Shown: positions 37,123 to 48,153 of the stretch, in pieces
Layout of the letters: each line of letters begins with the position of its first letter
Numbering within the stretch: the first letter of the stretch is position 1
From: an uncultured Gammaproteobacteria bacterium
GTDB taxonomy: Bacteria; Patescibacteriota; Patescibacteriia; UBA11705; JABHMO01
Reading direction: 5' to 3'
Assembly (NCBI GenBank): GCA_964590105.1
Contig: CAZPYM010000002.1
Location: forward strand, 218,697-282,696
Length of the DNA: 64,000 bases
Notes under the pieces: generated by a model
Seen by the model: the letters and a program-made list of their open reading frames with translations, nothing else
Databases searched by the model: none
Told to the model about the DNA's origin: nothing
Translations under genes and position numbers: made by a program

Positions 37123-38283
37123 TTATTTGGAAGCAATTGATTCCAAAACATTCAACACCTCCCGCGCAGACTGATACCAAATGAATTGTTTGGCTTTTTC
37201 CAGGCCCTTGGTTTTGTAATAGTCTGCTAATTGCGGATCAATCATCTGCTCCATGGCGCGGGCAAGATCATTCACGTTTGTCGGATCAATCAGAAGCGCG
37301 GCATCGGCGCAGATTTCTGACATGGAAGAATTATTTGAAGTGATGACCGGACAGCCGGAAGCCATAGCTTCGAGTGGCGGGAAGCCGAATCCTTCATAAT
37401 AAGAAGGGTAAACAAACATTGAAGCCAGATTGTACAAATAGCGTTTGTCGCTGTCAGGAACAAACTGCGTGCAGATTATTTCGTCTTGTTTTGAATTGTC
37501 CTGAGTTTGTTTTAGCTTTTTTTCTATGGCAGCGGTTTTCCAACCCTTTTTTCCGGCAATGACCAGCGAATATCCGGGATTATTTTTATTAAAAATGTTA
37601 AATGCCGACACGAGCGATTGAATGTTTTTTCGCGGCTCAATCGTACCGAGAAAAAGAATAAATTTGTCTGGCAGTTTGTATTTATTTTTTATTGTTTTTA
37701 ATTTAATGTCATTTTCCGTCAGTACTTTGTAGTTTGGCGAAATGCCGGGATAAACAACGCTGATCTTTGAGCCTGGGATATTATATTTGCCGATGAGGTC
37801 CTGGCTGGTATTTTTAGAAACGGTAATGATTTCTTTTGCTTCTTGAAAAAGTTTTTTCGGCCGGAGAAACCAGTGCCACAGTCGCCGCTTTAGCGAAAGA
37901 AATTCAGGAAAAAATTCAAAACTCAAATCATGCGCCGTAATTATGTATGGACATTTGGTATGTAAAAAACTTAGATTCGGGAAAAAGAACAGGTCGATCT
38001 TTGGTGTTTTATGTTTTTTTTTAATTGCTAAATCAAGGCAAGGATGCTTGGCCAGCAAAGCGAAGTTGAGCAGTTTATTGGGCATTTTAAACGGGCAGTA
38101 CTGAACATTATCTTTGGGAAATTTCGGAATATATTTAGAAACATTCTGACGGGAATTATAAAAAAGATAGTACTGGTTGGCGCTATCGATTTCAAATAAA
38201 TGTTTGAGTAAATGAAATGTGTATTCGCCGACGCCGGTCAGTTCGCGCTCCATTAGGCAGCGAATGTCGATTGCTATGTTCAT
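37123..38283 (-). CDS. Glycosyltransferase family 4
   Basis: IAIDIR, GTIEPRKN, YPSYYEGFGFPPLEAMASG. Confidence 0.92.
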   Translation of the reverse strand: MNIAIDIRCLMERELTGVGEYTFHLLKHLFEIDSANQYYLFYNSRQNVSKYIPKFPKDNVQYCPFKMPNKLLNFALLAKHPCLDLAIKKKHKTPKIDLFFFPNLSFLHTKCPYIITAHDLSFEFFPEFLSLKRRLWHWFLRPKKLFQEAKEIITVSKNTSQDLIGKYNIPGSKISVVYPGISPNYKVLTENDIKLKTIKNKYKLPDKFILFLGTIEPRKNIQSLVSAFNIFNKNNPGYSLVIAGKKGWKTAAIEKKLKQTQDNSKQDEIICTQFVPDSDKRYLYNLASMFVYPSYYEGFGFPPLEAMASGCPVITSNNSSMSEICADAALLIDPTNVNDLARAMEQMIDPQLADYYKTKGLEKAKQFIWYQSAREVLNVLESIASK

Positions 38284-38387
38284 AGGTTACGAATTATGAA
38301 TTGGTTACTAATCTACATATAGCTACGAATATATATTTGGCGAATGCCGGATTAGTAATAATTCATAGATTCGTAGCAGATTGGTAA

Positions 38388-39479
38388 TTAGTAACCTTGC
38401 AATTTTGTCACAATAAACTCCTTAATTTTCCGTTTGAAAATTTCCACATCAAACTGTAGAGCGTGTTCCCTGATTTCTTGGGGTTTGTAATCTTGGCACT
38501 TGAATCTTAAAACCTTGTCTGCCAGATCTTCCCATGTTTGTTCTTCAAAAAGCGTGCCGGTTTTTCCTTCAATAACAGTTTCCAGCGCGCCGCCGGCTCT
38601 GAAAGCTATGACCGGCCGTCCGCTGGCCATGGCTTCGACTGCGGTAATGCCAAAGTCTTCAAGTTGCGGATTTAAATAAGCCAAACAATGGCGATATAGT
38701 TCTGACTTTTTTTTCTCGGAAACTTTGCCGAGGAATTGAATGTTATTTTTGGCATTTTGCTGTAAATGTTTTTTTTGTGGGCCGTCCCCGAAAATAATAA
38801 GCGGCATATTCAGCCGGTTAAAAGCCGTCACCAGCAAATCAAATCTTTTGTAGCCGACCAGCCGGCCACCGGCCAGGAAATAGTTGCCGATATTATTTGA
38901 AATGCAAAACTTGGCAGTGTCAACCGGCGGATGGATTACTTCACTGTCGCGATTATAATATTTTTTTATGCGCTTTTGCACTTCTCGCGAATTGGCAATA
39001 AAATGATCAACTCGCTCAGCGGCGATTTTGTCCCATTGGCGAAGTCTAGTCAGCATTATTGGCAGCATTTTTTTAATTAAAAAATTCTGGTTCAAATCTT
39101 CCAGATAGTTGTGCGTGCTGGTCCAGAGGAATCGGGGAGGCGTGTGGCAATAGCAGATATGGGTTGAATTTTGACCGGGGATTATTCCCTTGGAAAAAAT
39201 TGAAGAGCTGGAGAGAATTAATTTAAAATCATTCAGTCGGTGATGTTCGGTTGCGGCCGGCATTAGATTCAAATACCACTGATATTTGGAAACGCCGAAG
39301 GGTAGATTTTGCAAAAAAGAAGTTTGAATGTTTTTGTCTTTCCAGTCCGGCTCCACATTACGTTCATCATAAACCAAAGTAAAAACAGGACTTCCTGGAA
39401 AAATTTCCGTGAAAGCTTTGGCAACTTTTTCCGCTCCGCCATCCTGGGCGAGGTGGTCGTGGACTAATGCTACATTCAT
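38388..39479 (-). CDS. Glycosyltransferase family 4
   Basis: VALVHDHL..GGAEKV, YCHTP, EDFGITAVEAMASGRPV. Confidence 0.92.
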   Translation of the reverse strand: MNVALVHDHLAQDGGAEKVAKAFTEIFPGSPVFTLVYDERNVEPDWKDKNIQTSFLQNLPFGVSKYQWYLNLMPAATEHHRLNDFKLILSSSSIFSKGIIPGQNSTHICYCHTPPRFLWTSTHNYLEDLNQNFLIKKMLPIMLTRLRQWDKIAAERVDHFIANSREVQKRIKKYYNRDSEVIHPPVDTAKFCISNNIGNYFLAGGRLVGYKRFDLLVTAFNRLNMPLIIFGDGPQKKHLQQNAKNNIQFLGKVSEKKKSELYRHCLAYLNPQLEDFGITAVEAMASGRPVIAFRAGGALETVIEGKTGTLFEEQTWEDLADKVLRFKCQDYKPQEIREHALQFDVEIFKRKIKEFIVTKLQGY

Positions 39480-39751
39480 AAGGTTACTAATTACCAATCC
39501 GCTACAAATCTACAAATAATTACGAATATTAGTAGATATAAGTAGATTAGTATCCAATTCGTAATTCGTAACCTACGCAATTAGTAGCCTAATAAGCTTA
39601 CCAAATATTTACAAAAAATCAAAGCGGTTGATAAAACTAAAAACTGCCCGGCGGGCGGGAGTTTCCGGTGCGGTTGTAGAGTTCAGGCGGCAGGCAGAAT
39701 TCAGCCGAATTAATTGTCGGTATGGGAGAGCCACTAAAGTGTGGAAGAAAT

Positions 39752-41185
39752 TTAGACCTTTGATTTTCTTTTTAATATCGACCAGGGTGTTTTTAGAATT
39801 ATCCAGAGATCCAGTTTTAGTGACCAGTTTTCAATATAATAAGTATCCAGCTTAACTTCTTCATCAAAATCAAGATCGCTTCGGCCGGAAATTTGCGCTA
39901 GGCCTGAAATGCCCGGTTTGATGTCCAGAACTCGTTTGTGGTGTTTCTCGTATTTTTCCACTTCGCGCGGTTGATGCGGGCGCGGACCAATTAAACTCAT
40001 GTTGCCGATCCAGACGTTGAAAAGCTGAGGCAGTTCATCAAGGGAAGTGCGTTCGATAAAGCGACCGATTATGGTGCGGCGCGGATCATTTAGAATTTTG
40101 TAAACAGGTCCGTGCCGTTCAGATTGTTTGGCGATTAAGCCTTTTTCAAATTCCATAACCGCTTTCTGGTCGGCGTATTTGGCAAATTGCTTGCCGGTGC
40201 AATATTTCGCATACATTGATCTAAATTTGTAAACATTGAAAGTGCCTTTGCTTCGTACGCGTTCATTTTTGTAAATCGCTGGACCCGGATCTTCTAGTCT
40301 GATTAAAAGTGTGATCACCAGCATGACCGGGCTGAAAAGTATTATCAAAACTGTACTGAAAATAAAATCAATAACGCGTTTTATAATTTTATCCCAACCG
40401 TCCAGCTTGGTTTTGCGGATTTCTATAAGCGGTACGCCCGCAATCATGTGCACTTCCACGTTAGTGGTGCGCGCCTCAAACTGTCCGGCCGCATATTTGA
40501 AAATGATATTGTGTTCAGCGCAAAAGTCTGCCAAATCAATGGAAACTTTTCTGGACAGGCTGGAATCAGTCTGAATAATTTCATCAATGCCTTTCCTTTT
40601 GTGAAGCGCCAGCAGATCGGCTTTGTCGCCGTCCTGCATTTCTTCAACGCGGGCAATAATTTTGTAGCCGAGTGACGGCTGATTTTTAAAAGCGCGAATG
40701 ATTTCTTCGGTGTTTTTGTCTTTGCCGATAATGACAACATTGTGCGCGCCCCAGCTTTTTTTTAGCGAAAGATTTTGAATTTTTCTGACAAGGCTTCTGA
40801 CAATTATCGCCAACACTATACTTAATCCCCAGGCAGTTAAAACAATAAAGCGTGAAGAAAAATATTCGCGCACGAAAAACATGTAGATAATTAATGCCAT
40901 CATGCCGGTAGAGCAGGCCAGGATTATTTTGGCCAGTTCGTCAGTAACTTTCCGGCGGGCGAAAGAGTATAGGCCGGCGGCGGCAAAAAAGAAAAGCCAG
41001 ATAAAGGATACGATTAAAACAAAAATAAAATATTGCTTGAATGGCAGATCAAAAATAACCGGTCTGATTTCCTGGACAGATTCTTTGTAACGAATCGCAT
41101 AAGCCAGGAGGCCAGCAGAAACAAGAGTAATAAAATCAATTGGAATTTTTAAAAAGGTAAAAAATAGTTCCGCATTTTTTTTCAT
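39752..41185 (-). CDS. Polyprenyl-phosphate sugar phosphotransferase (WcaJ/WbaP family)
   Basis: Several TMs, KFRSM, SLDELPQL.NV..G.MSLIGPRP, KPGISGLAQ. Confidence 0.92.
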   Translation of the reverse strand: MKKNAELFFTFLKIPIDFITLVSAGLLAYAIRYKESVQEIRPVIFDLPFKQYFIFVLIVSFIWLFFFAAAGLYSFARRKVTDELAKIILACSTGMMALIIYMFFVREYFSSRFIVLTAWGLSIVLAIIVRSLVRKIQNLSLKKSWGAHNVVIIGKDKNTEEIIRAFKNQPSLGYKIIARVEEMQDGDKADLLALHKRKGIDEIIQTDSSLSRKVSIDLADFCAEHNIIFKYAAGQFEARTTNVEVHMIAGVPLIEIRKTKLDGWDKIIKRVIDFIFSTVLIILFSPVMLVITLLIRLEDPGPAIYKNERVRSKGTFNVYKFRSMYAKYCTGKQFAKYADQKAVMEFEKGLIAKQSERHGPVYKILNDPRRTIIGRFIERTSLDELPQLFNVWIGNMSLIGPRPHQPREVEKYEKHHKRVLDIKPGISGLAQISGRSDLDFDEEVKLDTYYIENWSLKLDLWIILKTPWSILKRKSKV

Positions 41186-41303
41186 ATTGCTTTTTGATTG
41201 CGAAATTCTTGTATGTTTGCTATTTGTTTAGTGCGTTCTTCATAATTATATCAGCATAATGACGGCTTGACAAGAAGCGTTTGGTTTGCTATAATAAATT
41301 GGT

Positions 41304-41614
41304 TCTGAACAAGCAGAACCGTTGCTCTTTGCCTTTTGGCGGAGAGAGGAAAGTCCGGACTTTCAGTCATTTTTTGACGCGGGTAGCAGGTAATTCCTGT
41401 CAATCGTGAGATAGAGGTGCGAGCAGAGACGCCTGGCAAAGTAATTTGTCAGGAACCCCTCGGGGTTAGTCTTGGTGGAAACATCAAGAGTGAAACGGCT
41501 AAACCCTTGCCTGAAAGCAAACCCAAGTTTGGTAGGGTGCTTGAGTCGGAGAGTGATCTTCGGCCCAGATAGATAACGGCTAAAACAGAATCCGGCTTAC
41601 TCGCTTGTTCAGGA
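41304..41614 (+). ncRNA. rnpB: RNase P RNA (compact, about 305 nt)
   Basis: GAGGAAAGTCCGG and ACAGAATCCGGCTTA conserved P4 halves; GAACAAGC/GCTTGTTC closing helix; TTGACA/TATAAT promoter. Confidence 0.95.
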
Positions 41615-41702
41615 CTTTTTTATTATCACGAATTGCCCGAATTGGCGCGAAAAAATATAAAAAAACCTGCTTTTCAAGCAGGTTTTTTTTATTCGACAAG
41701 TT

Positions 41703-42677
41703 TTATAGACCAATAACTTTGCGGACCTGCTTCATTTTCTTTTCAGCCAGGACTTTTGCGCGCTTGGCGCCGTCCTGCAACATGGAATCAATTTGCTTGT
41801 CTGAAATTGAAGCGAATTTTTTCTGAATCGGAGACAGGAATTCAACTACGCGTTCGGCCAGTTCAGATTTAAAATCGCCATAACCTTTCCCTTTGAATTT
41901 GGCTTCAATTTCCTTGGCTTCTCGGCCGGTTACCAGATGATAAATTGTCATTAAGTTTGCTAGGGCCGGCCGCTTGGGATCAAATTTAATGTCAGAACCA
42001 GAATCTGTAACCGCTTTTTTGATTTTTTTACGAATCAGATCAGGCGCGTCGGTCAGGGCAATGTAATTGTATTCTGAAGCAGCTGATTTGCTCATCTTTT
42101 TTTCCGGATTATCCAGTCCTTTGAGCCGTGCCGAAACCTTATTCACCCTGCCTTCCGGCAGAACAAACACATTGCCGTACAAATTATTAAATTTCTTGGC
42201 AATTACTCTTGCCAGTTCAACATGTTGGAGCTGATCTTCGCCAACCGGCACAACATTGGTGTCGTAAAGTAGAATATCGGCCGCCATTAAACACGGATAT
42301 GTAAAAAGGCCGGCGTTGACATTTTGTTTGTGCCGCTCTGATTTGTCTTTGTACTGCGTCATGCGTTCGAGCTCTGCCATAGGCGTCAGGCAAGTCAGAA
42401 TCCAGCCGAGTTCAGCATGCTCCGGCATATCAGACTGCCGGAAAATAATATTTTTTTTTGGATCCAGTCCGGCGGCCAGATAAATTTTCGCCAGGTCGTA
42501 AATGTTTTTGCTGAGACGCCCTGGTTCCTGATAAATGGTGAGCGCGTGCAGATCTACAATTGAAAAAACGCAATCGTATTCGGTTTGAAGCTGAACCCAA
42601 TTATAAATAGCGCCAAAATAATTGCCGAGATGAATGATGCCGGTGGGTTGAGTGCCACTGAAGATTCGTTTGGACAT
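41703..42677 (-). CDS. trpS: Tryptophanyl-tRNA synthetase
   Basis: SGTQPTG..HLGNY, LMAADILLY, VPVGEDQ, KMSKS. Confidence 0.96.
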   Translation of the reverse strand: MSKRIFSGTQPTGIIHLGNYFGAIYNWVQLQTEYDCVFSIVDLHALTIYQEPGRLSKNIYDLAKIYLAAGLDPKKNIIFRQSDMPEHAELGWILTCLTPMAELERMTQYKDKSERHKQNVNAGLFTYPCLMAADILLYDTNVVPVGEDQLQHVELARVIAKKFNNLYGNVFVLPEGRVNKVSARLKGLDNPEKKMSKSAASEYNYIALTDAPDLIRKKIKKAVTDSGSDIKFDPKRPALANLMTIYHLVTGREAKEIEAKFKGKGYGDFKSELAERVVEFLSPIQKKFASISDKQIDSMLQDGAKRAKVLAEKKMKQVRKVIGL

Positions 42678-42919
42678 AAATGAGTACTGATTGTACTGAT
42701 ATGCTGATAAAATTTATCAGTCATATCATGTGACAGATCATGTTGATCACGTTTTTATGGTTTTATTATAGCAAAATCGAAGATTATAATCAAAAACCTC
42801 CGTTCGTGGTTAAAGTCGTGGCGGAGGTTTTTATAATTCTCAAGTATTCAATTTTCAGTTTTACAATGAATTTTCAATTTAGAAATTGACTCGTTTAAAA
42901 ATTGTAAATTTCTACAGCT

Positions 42920-44722
42920 TTAAACTTCAATAACTACCGGCATAATCATCGGCCGCCGCTTGGTTTTTTTCCAGAGCAGGTCGCCCACATGATCGCGCAA
43001 TTTGTTTTTTAGAAGCATAGGATCAAAGCCCGGTTTTACGGCTTTGCCGACAGTCTTGCGTACTAGATCGCGCGCGTCTTCAATCATTTGTTTGCTTTCT
43101 TTCATATACACAAATCCGCGCGAAATAATGTCCGGACTGCCGACCAGTTCACCGGTTTTTTTCTTGACCGTAACGATCACCACGAACATGCCGTCCTCGG
43201 CCATCATGCGGCGGTCGCGCAAAACAATTGACGAAACATCGCCGACGCCGAGCCCGTCTACCATCACGTATTCAGTCGGAACTTTTTCCGTGGTCAGCCG
43301 GCCGCTGGCTTCGTGTTGATTCGGGCCTTTGAAAAATTCCATAACTTGTCCATTGTCAGCAATGAAAACATTTTCGTGGGGAATACCGACGCTTTCCGCT
43401 AGCTGGCCATGAAGGCGGAGCATATAGTGATAAGCTTCAATCGGAATGAAATATTTTGGTTTAAATAATCGGATGATCAGTTTCAAGTCTTCTTGTTTGG
43501 CATGTCCGCCGGCGTGAATATCCATCAGTTGATAATGATAAACGCGCGCTCCCTGTCGGTAAAAAGTATCTTTGAGGTTTTGAATAGTGCGTTCATTGCC
43601 GGGAATTACAGATGACGAGAAAACAATGGAATCGCCTTTTTTTACGCTCAAAAATCGATGTTCCTTATTAGCGATTCTATTCAACACAGCGTTTTTTTCT
43701 CCCTGTGCGCCGGTGCCGAGCACAACAATTTTATTGTCAGGCAATCGCTTTAATTCAGATTCTTCAATCATTGTTTCTTTTTTGAATTTGACATAGCCGA
43801 GCTGGTGGGCAATCTCAATATTGGAATTCATGCTCCGGCCGTCCAAATATACGCGGCGGTTGAATTTTTCAGCCACGGAAATTACCTGCTGGATGCGGTT
43901 GATAAGCGAGGCAAATGTGCCGAAAATAATCCGGCCGTGAGCTTCGCGGAAGATTTGTTCGATTGAATGAGTGACTTCTCCCTCGGAAATTTGATGGCCG
44001 TGATGTTCGGCGTCAGTACTGTCGGCCAAGAGAGCTAAAACTCCGCGGCCGCCTATTTGGGCGATGCGATTTAAGTCGATCGGCTTGTCATTGATCGGGC
44101 TCAAATCCACTTTAAAGTCTCCAGTGTGAACAATCGTTCCGACGGGCGTGTGTAGTACAACTCCCATGCTGTCTGGAATATTGTGATTGACTCGGAAAAA
44201 TTCGGCCGTGAAAACGCCAAGCCTGATTTTGTCTTTGTCCGGATCAATTATGCGTAAGTCCAGTGGCGCAGTTTTATATTCTTCGTGTCGTTTTTTGATT
44301 AGGCCGGCCGTTAGTTTCGCCGTGTAAATCGGTGGATTGCCAAGCCCGGGACATAAATGAGATATGGCGCCGATATGATCATAGTGTCCGTGAGTAATGA
44401 TAGCGCCGCGAATATTTTTGGCTCTGGTTTTTAGATAGGTAATATCGGGAATAATGTAATCGATTCCCGGCATGTCTTCTTCGGGAAATTGAAGACCCAT
44501 GTCAATAATGACAATGTCCTGGCCGTATTCCACTACGGTCATGTTTCTGCCGACTTCTTCAAGTCCGCCGAGAACCATAATTCGAAGTTTAGGCTCGCAG
44601 CTTGATTTGACTGAAGTTTGATCGGTTCGCGGGGCCGCGTTTTGCGGCACGAAGCGGGTTTTTTGATTTTGTCCCGGCCTGTGGCGCGGGAAAGATCGGT
44701 TGGTTTTTTGTTTTTGAATCAT
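42920..44722 (-). CDS. rnj: Ribonuclease J
   Basis: LGGLEEVGRN, THGHYDHIG, HTGDFK, H.GGHA, RRPMIMPVVIEV. Confidence 0.95.
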   Translation of the reverse strand: MIQKQKTNRSFPRHRPGQNQKTRFVPQNAAPRTDQTSVKSSCEPKLRIMVLGGLEEVGRNMTVVEYGQDIVIIDMGLQFPEEDMPGIDYIIPDITYLKTRAKNIRGAIITHGHYDHIGAISHLCPGLGNPPIYTAKLTAGLIKKRHEEYKTAPLDLRIIDPDKDKIRLGVFTAEFFRVNHNIPDSMGVVLHTPVGTIVHTGDFKVDLSPINDKPIDLNRIAQIGGRGVLALLADSTDAEHHGHQISEGEVTHSIEQIFREAHGRIIFGTFASLINRIQQVISVAEKFNRRVYLDGRSMNSNIEIAHQLGYVKFKKETMIEESELKRLPDNKIVVLGTGAQGEKNAVLNRIANKEHRFLSVKKGDSIVFSSSVIPGNERTIQNLKDTFYRQGARVYHYQLMDIHAGGHAKQEDLKLIIRLFKPKYFIPIEAYHYMLRLHGQLAESVGIPHENVFIADNGQVMEFFKGPNQHEASGRLTTEKVPTEYVMVDGLGVGDVSSIVLRDRRMMAEDGMFVVIVTVKKKTGELVGSPDIISRGFVYMKESKQMIEDARDLVRKTVGKAVKPGFDPMLLKNKLRDHVGDLLWKKTKRRPMIMPVVIEV

Positions 44723-44971
44723 AAGATAAGTTAAAATAAAATTGTTAGATTAGAATAAGAAGAATAAAGGGAAGAAGATAGAGAGAAAACGAGATAAACG
44801 AGATAGAGTTGATAGAAGTGACGGAAGTAAAGGCGCAAGAGGATAAGGAGAACAGAAGTAAAAGAAGAAAAATATAAAAAATTAGTTAGACAATTGAGTA
44901 ATTTGTAAAATTAAAAAAGCAAAAACAAGAGTAAAAAAAATGGAAAAGAAGAAGATTTTTATTGAGGAAAA

Positions 44972-46921
44972 TTATTTTTTCCATTGCCTGTCAGTTTTGA
45001 TGTACCATTCGTAGACCTGGCTGAAGCGATTGGCCGGGGTGAGAATATTGGAAACATTAAAATTTTTAATTTTTTTGCTTTGCGGGTAAGTGTAGGTCGG
45101 ATTGAACAAGAAAATCGCTGGTGCGCTTTCCGCCAAAAGAGTTTGGAATTTGCTGTATTTTTCGGCGCGCTTTGCGTCATCGCTCGTATTTCTCGCGTCT
45201 TCAAGCAATTTATCAATATCAGGATTATTAAGAGAAGTTAAATTGAGACCAGGATATGTTTTCTGACTGGAATGCCAAAATGGATATGGGTCAGGATCTT
45301 GGCCCAGAATTTGTCCATACAAAAGAGCCTGGTAATCTCTTCCTCTAATAGTTGCTTGAATGTTTTCAGGATTTACAATTACCAAATTGATTTTTGCGCC
45401 GATTTGTTGCCATTCTTTTTGCAATTCTTTGACGATTTTAACATTTTCCGGTTGATTTACTGTTGTCAGATTAAATTCAAGATAGCGGTCTTTTAATTTT
45501 CTTACCGGATATGGATATTCATCAACTTGAGCTTGTTCTGTCTCGGGTGTCGCGTCAGTGCCTTCGACTTCGTCCGACTGTTCAGCGTTGTTGTCAGTAT
45601 CTTTTTCCTCTTTGTTTTCAGTCGTTATGTTTGCTGGTTTATATTCGGTTAATTTCCAGCCGGCTTTTTCCAATTCATCTTTGGCATGTTGCACATTGTA
45701 TGGGAATTTCACGATATCAGGATTGTATCCCAGTGCGCTTGGTAGCAGGCAGCTATCAATTATTTGAGCTTCAGCATTCAGAATTTCATTGACGATTTTT
45801 TCTTTATTAGTCGCGTGTGCCAAAATTTTGCGGATGGTGAGATCTTTCAAAATAGGATTGTTGTCATAATTGAAGAAAACAGCCGTATATTGAGGAAGAT
45901 TGAGTAGTCTGAAATTAATGTTTCGATTATTAATTATTCTGGCGCGGATTTCTTTTGGTAGATAGCTGATGCCGTCAATTTGTTTGTTGTTTAGCGCTTC
46001 GACCGCTTGTTCGAAGTCATCATAAAATTTTAAACCGATTTCATCAATGTACGGTTCGCCTAAATAATATTTTACATTTTTTTCCAGTTTGAAGCTTTTT
46101 ATTTCTCCATTTTTGTTCTTTGTCAAAGATTTAAATTTGTACGGGCCGCTACCGATTGGCTTCAGATTGTATTCTGCGAGCATGATGTTTTCCGGCTGAA
46201 TATTTCGCCAGATATGTTCCGGTAAAATACCAACGGTCAAGCTTTCCAGAAAGGGCGCAAACGGTTGTTTCAAAATGAATTTAACTGTGAAGTCGTCGAT
46301 TTTTTCCACTTTCATTCCTTGAAAATTATAAAAAAGCGGGGTTTTTGTTCTATTGTCATTAATGCGATTGAAAGTGAAAATCACGTCGTCCGCATCAAAT
46401 TTTTCATCATCGTGCCACAAGATGTCCTGGCGCAGATTGATAGTGTAGTTCAGCTGGTCGCTGCTGATTTGATAATCGGCGGCCAAATCTTTTTCCACGC
46501 CCGAGTTTGTGAATCGGAAAAGGCCAGAAAAAATCAAGTTGGTCATGTCGAGGTCAACATCATTTCCCTGCGAAAAAAGAGGATTGATATAGCGTGGCGT
46601 GCCTACCAGCCCTTCTGTATAGGTGCCGCCGGCTTTTGGCACTAGACTCGAGTGCGACCAGTATCCGTTGATCATTAGAGAACAAAAAGCCACGGCAATA
46701 ATGCCGCAAAGTATTCGGATAATCAGCAGTTCAGTTTTTGAGAGATATTTATAAATATATCCCAGCTGTTGAAATGTTGGAATCTTTTTGTTTGAAGCCA
46801 ACTTTTGCACTAGACGTTGATCGTGTTCATGCAAATGTTTTAGTTTTTTTTGGGTTAATTTTTCTTTCGCCTTGATTTGCAGCAGTTTAAACTTAACCCA
46901 GATATCTTTGATAATTGACAC
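44972..46921 (-). CDS. Peptide ABC transporter substrate-binding protein (family 5)
   Basis: WHD..FDADDV.FT, PIGSGPYK, DPDPYPFWHSSQ. Confidence 0.88.
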   Translation of the reverse strand: MSIIKDIWVKFKLLQIKAKEKLTQKKLKHLHEHDQRLVQKLASNKKIPTFQQLGYIYKYLSKTELLIIRILCGIIAVAFCSLMINGYWSHSSLVPKAGGTYTEGLVGTPRYINPLFSQGNDVDLDMTNLIFSGLFRFTNSGVEKDLAADYQISSDQLNYTINLRQDILWHDDEKFDADDVIFTFNRINDNRTKTPLFYNFQGMKVEKIDDFTVKFILKQPFAPFLESLTVGILPEHIWRNIQPENIMLAEYNLKPIGSGPYKFKSLTKNKNGEIKSFKLEKNVKYYLGEPYIDEIGLKFYDDFEQAVEALNNKQIDGISYLPKEIRARIINNRNINFRLLNLPQYTAVFFNYDNNPILKDLTIRKILAHATNKEKIVNEILNAEAQIIDSCLLPSALGYNPDIVKFPYNVQHAKDELEKAGWKLTEYKPANITTENKEEKDTDNNAEQSDEVEGTDATPETEQAQVDEYPYPVRKLKDRYLEFNLTTVNQPENVKIVKELQKEWQQIGAKINLVIVNPENIQATIRGRDYQALLYGQILGQDPDPYPFWHSSQKTYPGLNLTSLNNPDIDKLLEDARNTSDDAKRAEKYSKFQTLLAESAPAIFLFNPTYTYPQSKKIKNFNVSNILTPANRFSQVYEWYIKTDRQWKK

Positions 46922-46973
46922 AAAAATTAAAGTGGTTGTTCAATAAAATAATTAGGCAGAGAAGATAAAAAAA

Positions 46974-47204
46974 TTAGTAAACGCTAAGCAATATGTTTGC
47001 CAGCGAAATGCCTAAAAAAAGTATGGAGAAGATAATAGTTGAAAAGAAAATTCCTTTTTCCATGCCTCGTTTGGTTCTGTAGATATTGCCGCTGTCGCCG
47101 CCGCCGAAAACGCCAGAAAGTCCGCCGCCACGATTTTGTAGCAAAATTAGCACAATTAATATGGTGCCAAAGATGAGTTGAATGATAGTCAGGACGAAAG
47201 TCAT
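46974..47204 (-). CDS. secG: Preprotein translocase subunit SecG
   Basis: ILLQNRGGGLSGVFGG..RGMEK, two TMs. Confidence 0.92.
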   Translation of the reverse strand: MTFVLTIIQLIFGTILIVLILLQNRGGGLSGVFGGGDSGNIYRTKRGMEKGIFFSTIIFSILFLGISLANILLSVY

Positions 47205-47418
47205 AAATTAAAGATAATGCTTAATCAGTGGGTAATATAGCAGGCAGCAGATAACTTGTCAAGTCGAAACGTGGAGCATAGCGCATAGAGCATAGAGCAA
47301 CTGAAAGGAAAAGATTTGCGCTATGTTTTATGAAGACCGTTCCATGAATTACCTAATTATCTAATTTACCGATTTTCTTGTTTTCTAAATTTATGGTACA
47401 ATAAAATTAATAATTTTT

Positions 47419-48153
47419 ATGGAAGAAAAAGAGCGCGGCTCGATTTTGATTTCAAAGAAGTGGTACAAGCGCTGGTGGGCGATAGTTGGGTTTTGTTTTG
47501 TCGGAATTATAATTTTATTTTCTCCTCTCTATATATATCAGGTTTACAAAGTCTATCATCAGATGAAAGCCGGCGGTTATTTGACAGTTGAAGATTTAAG
47601 CAGGGAAGCGCCGTACAGCATGGATTATATTGTCAATTCAATGTCTCCATGGAAAGGAAATGAAGCGGCTGAAATTCAAATAGTTGAGTTTGGTGATTTT
47701 AATTGCTCTCGTTGCCTGCAAGCTTTTAACATTATGCGAGAACTTGAAGGCAAGTATCATGACAAAATAAAATTTTATTGGCGCAATTATCCTGTGGTTA
47801 GCGGTAGCTCAATCGAGATGGCCAAAGGCGGAGTTTGCGCGCATCAGCAGGGCAAATTTTGGCTGTATCATGATCGCATGTTCCAGCTTCAGGGTCAGAT
47901 AAACGAAGAAAATTTGGCGGAAACTGTTCAAACTTTCGGATTGGACAAAAAAAAGTTTGAAGATTGTTTGGTCAATGATTTAACGTTGGCTCAAATAAAA
48001 AAAGATTATTTCGCCGCTAAAGAAGGCGAAGTCAGCGGCACGCCCACATTTTTTATCAATGGTTATAAATTGCAAGGCGTGGTGCCGTTAACTAATTGGA
48101 TAGACGTAGTGGAAAAATTTTTAGCGATTTATGAAAACAATGCTGGAAATTAG
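47419..48153 (+). CDS. DsbA/BdbD-like thioredoxin-fold protein
   Basis: N-terminal TM, EFGDFNCSRC, GTPTFFING. Confidence 0.88.
   Translation: MEEKERGSILISKKWYKRWWAIVGFCFVGIIILFSPLYIYQVYKVYHQMKAGGYLTVEDLSREAPYSMDYIVNSMSPWKGNEAAEIQIVEFGDFNCSRCLQAFNIMRELEGKYHDKIKFYWRNYPVVSGSSIEMAKGGVCAHQQGKFWLYHDRMFQLQGQINEENLAETVQTFGLDKKKFEDCLVNDLTLAQIKKDYFAAKEGEVSGTPTFFINGYKLQGVVPLTNWIDVVEKFLAIYENNAGN

Noticed and set aside
36356-37184. Short ORFs in the ORF track around the tRNAs
   Set aside because: They overlap tRNA genes or the terminator, lack SDs and have no recognisable motifs.
44730-44960. Purine-rich tract upstream of rnj as an ncRNA or ORF
   Set aside because: Low complexity with no pairing potential or credible ORF; at most another degenerate repeat scar.
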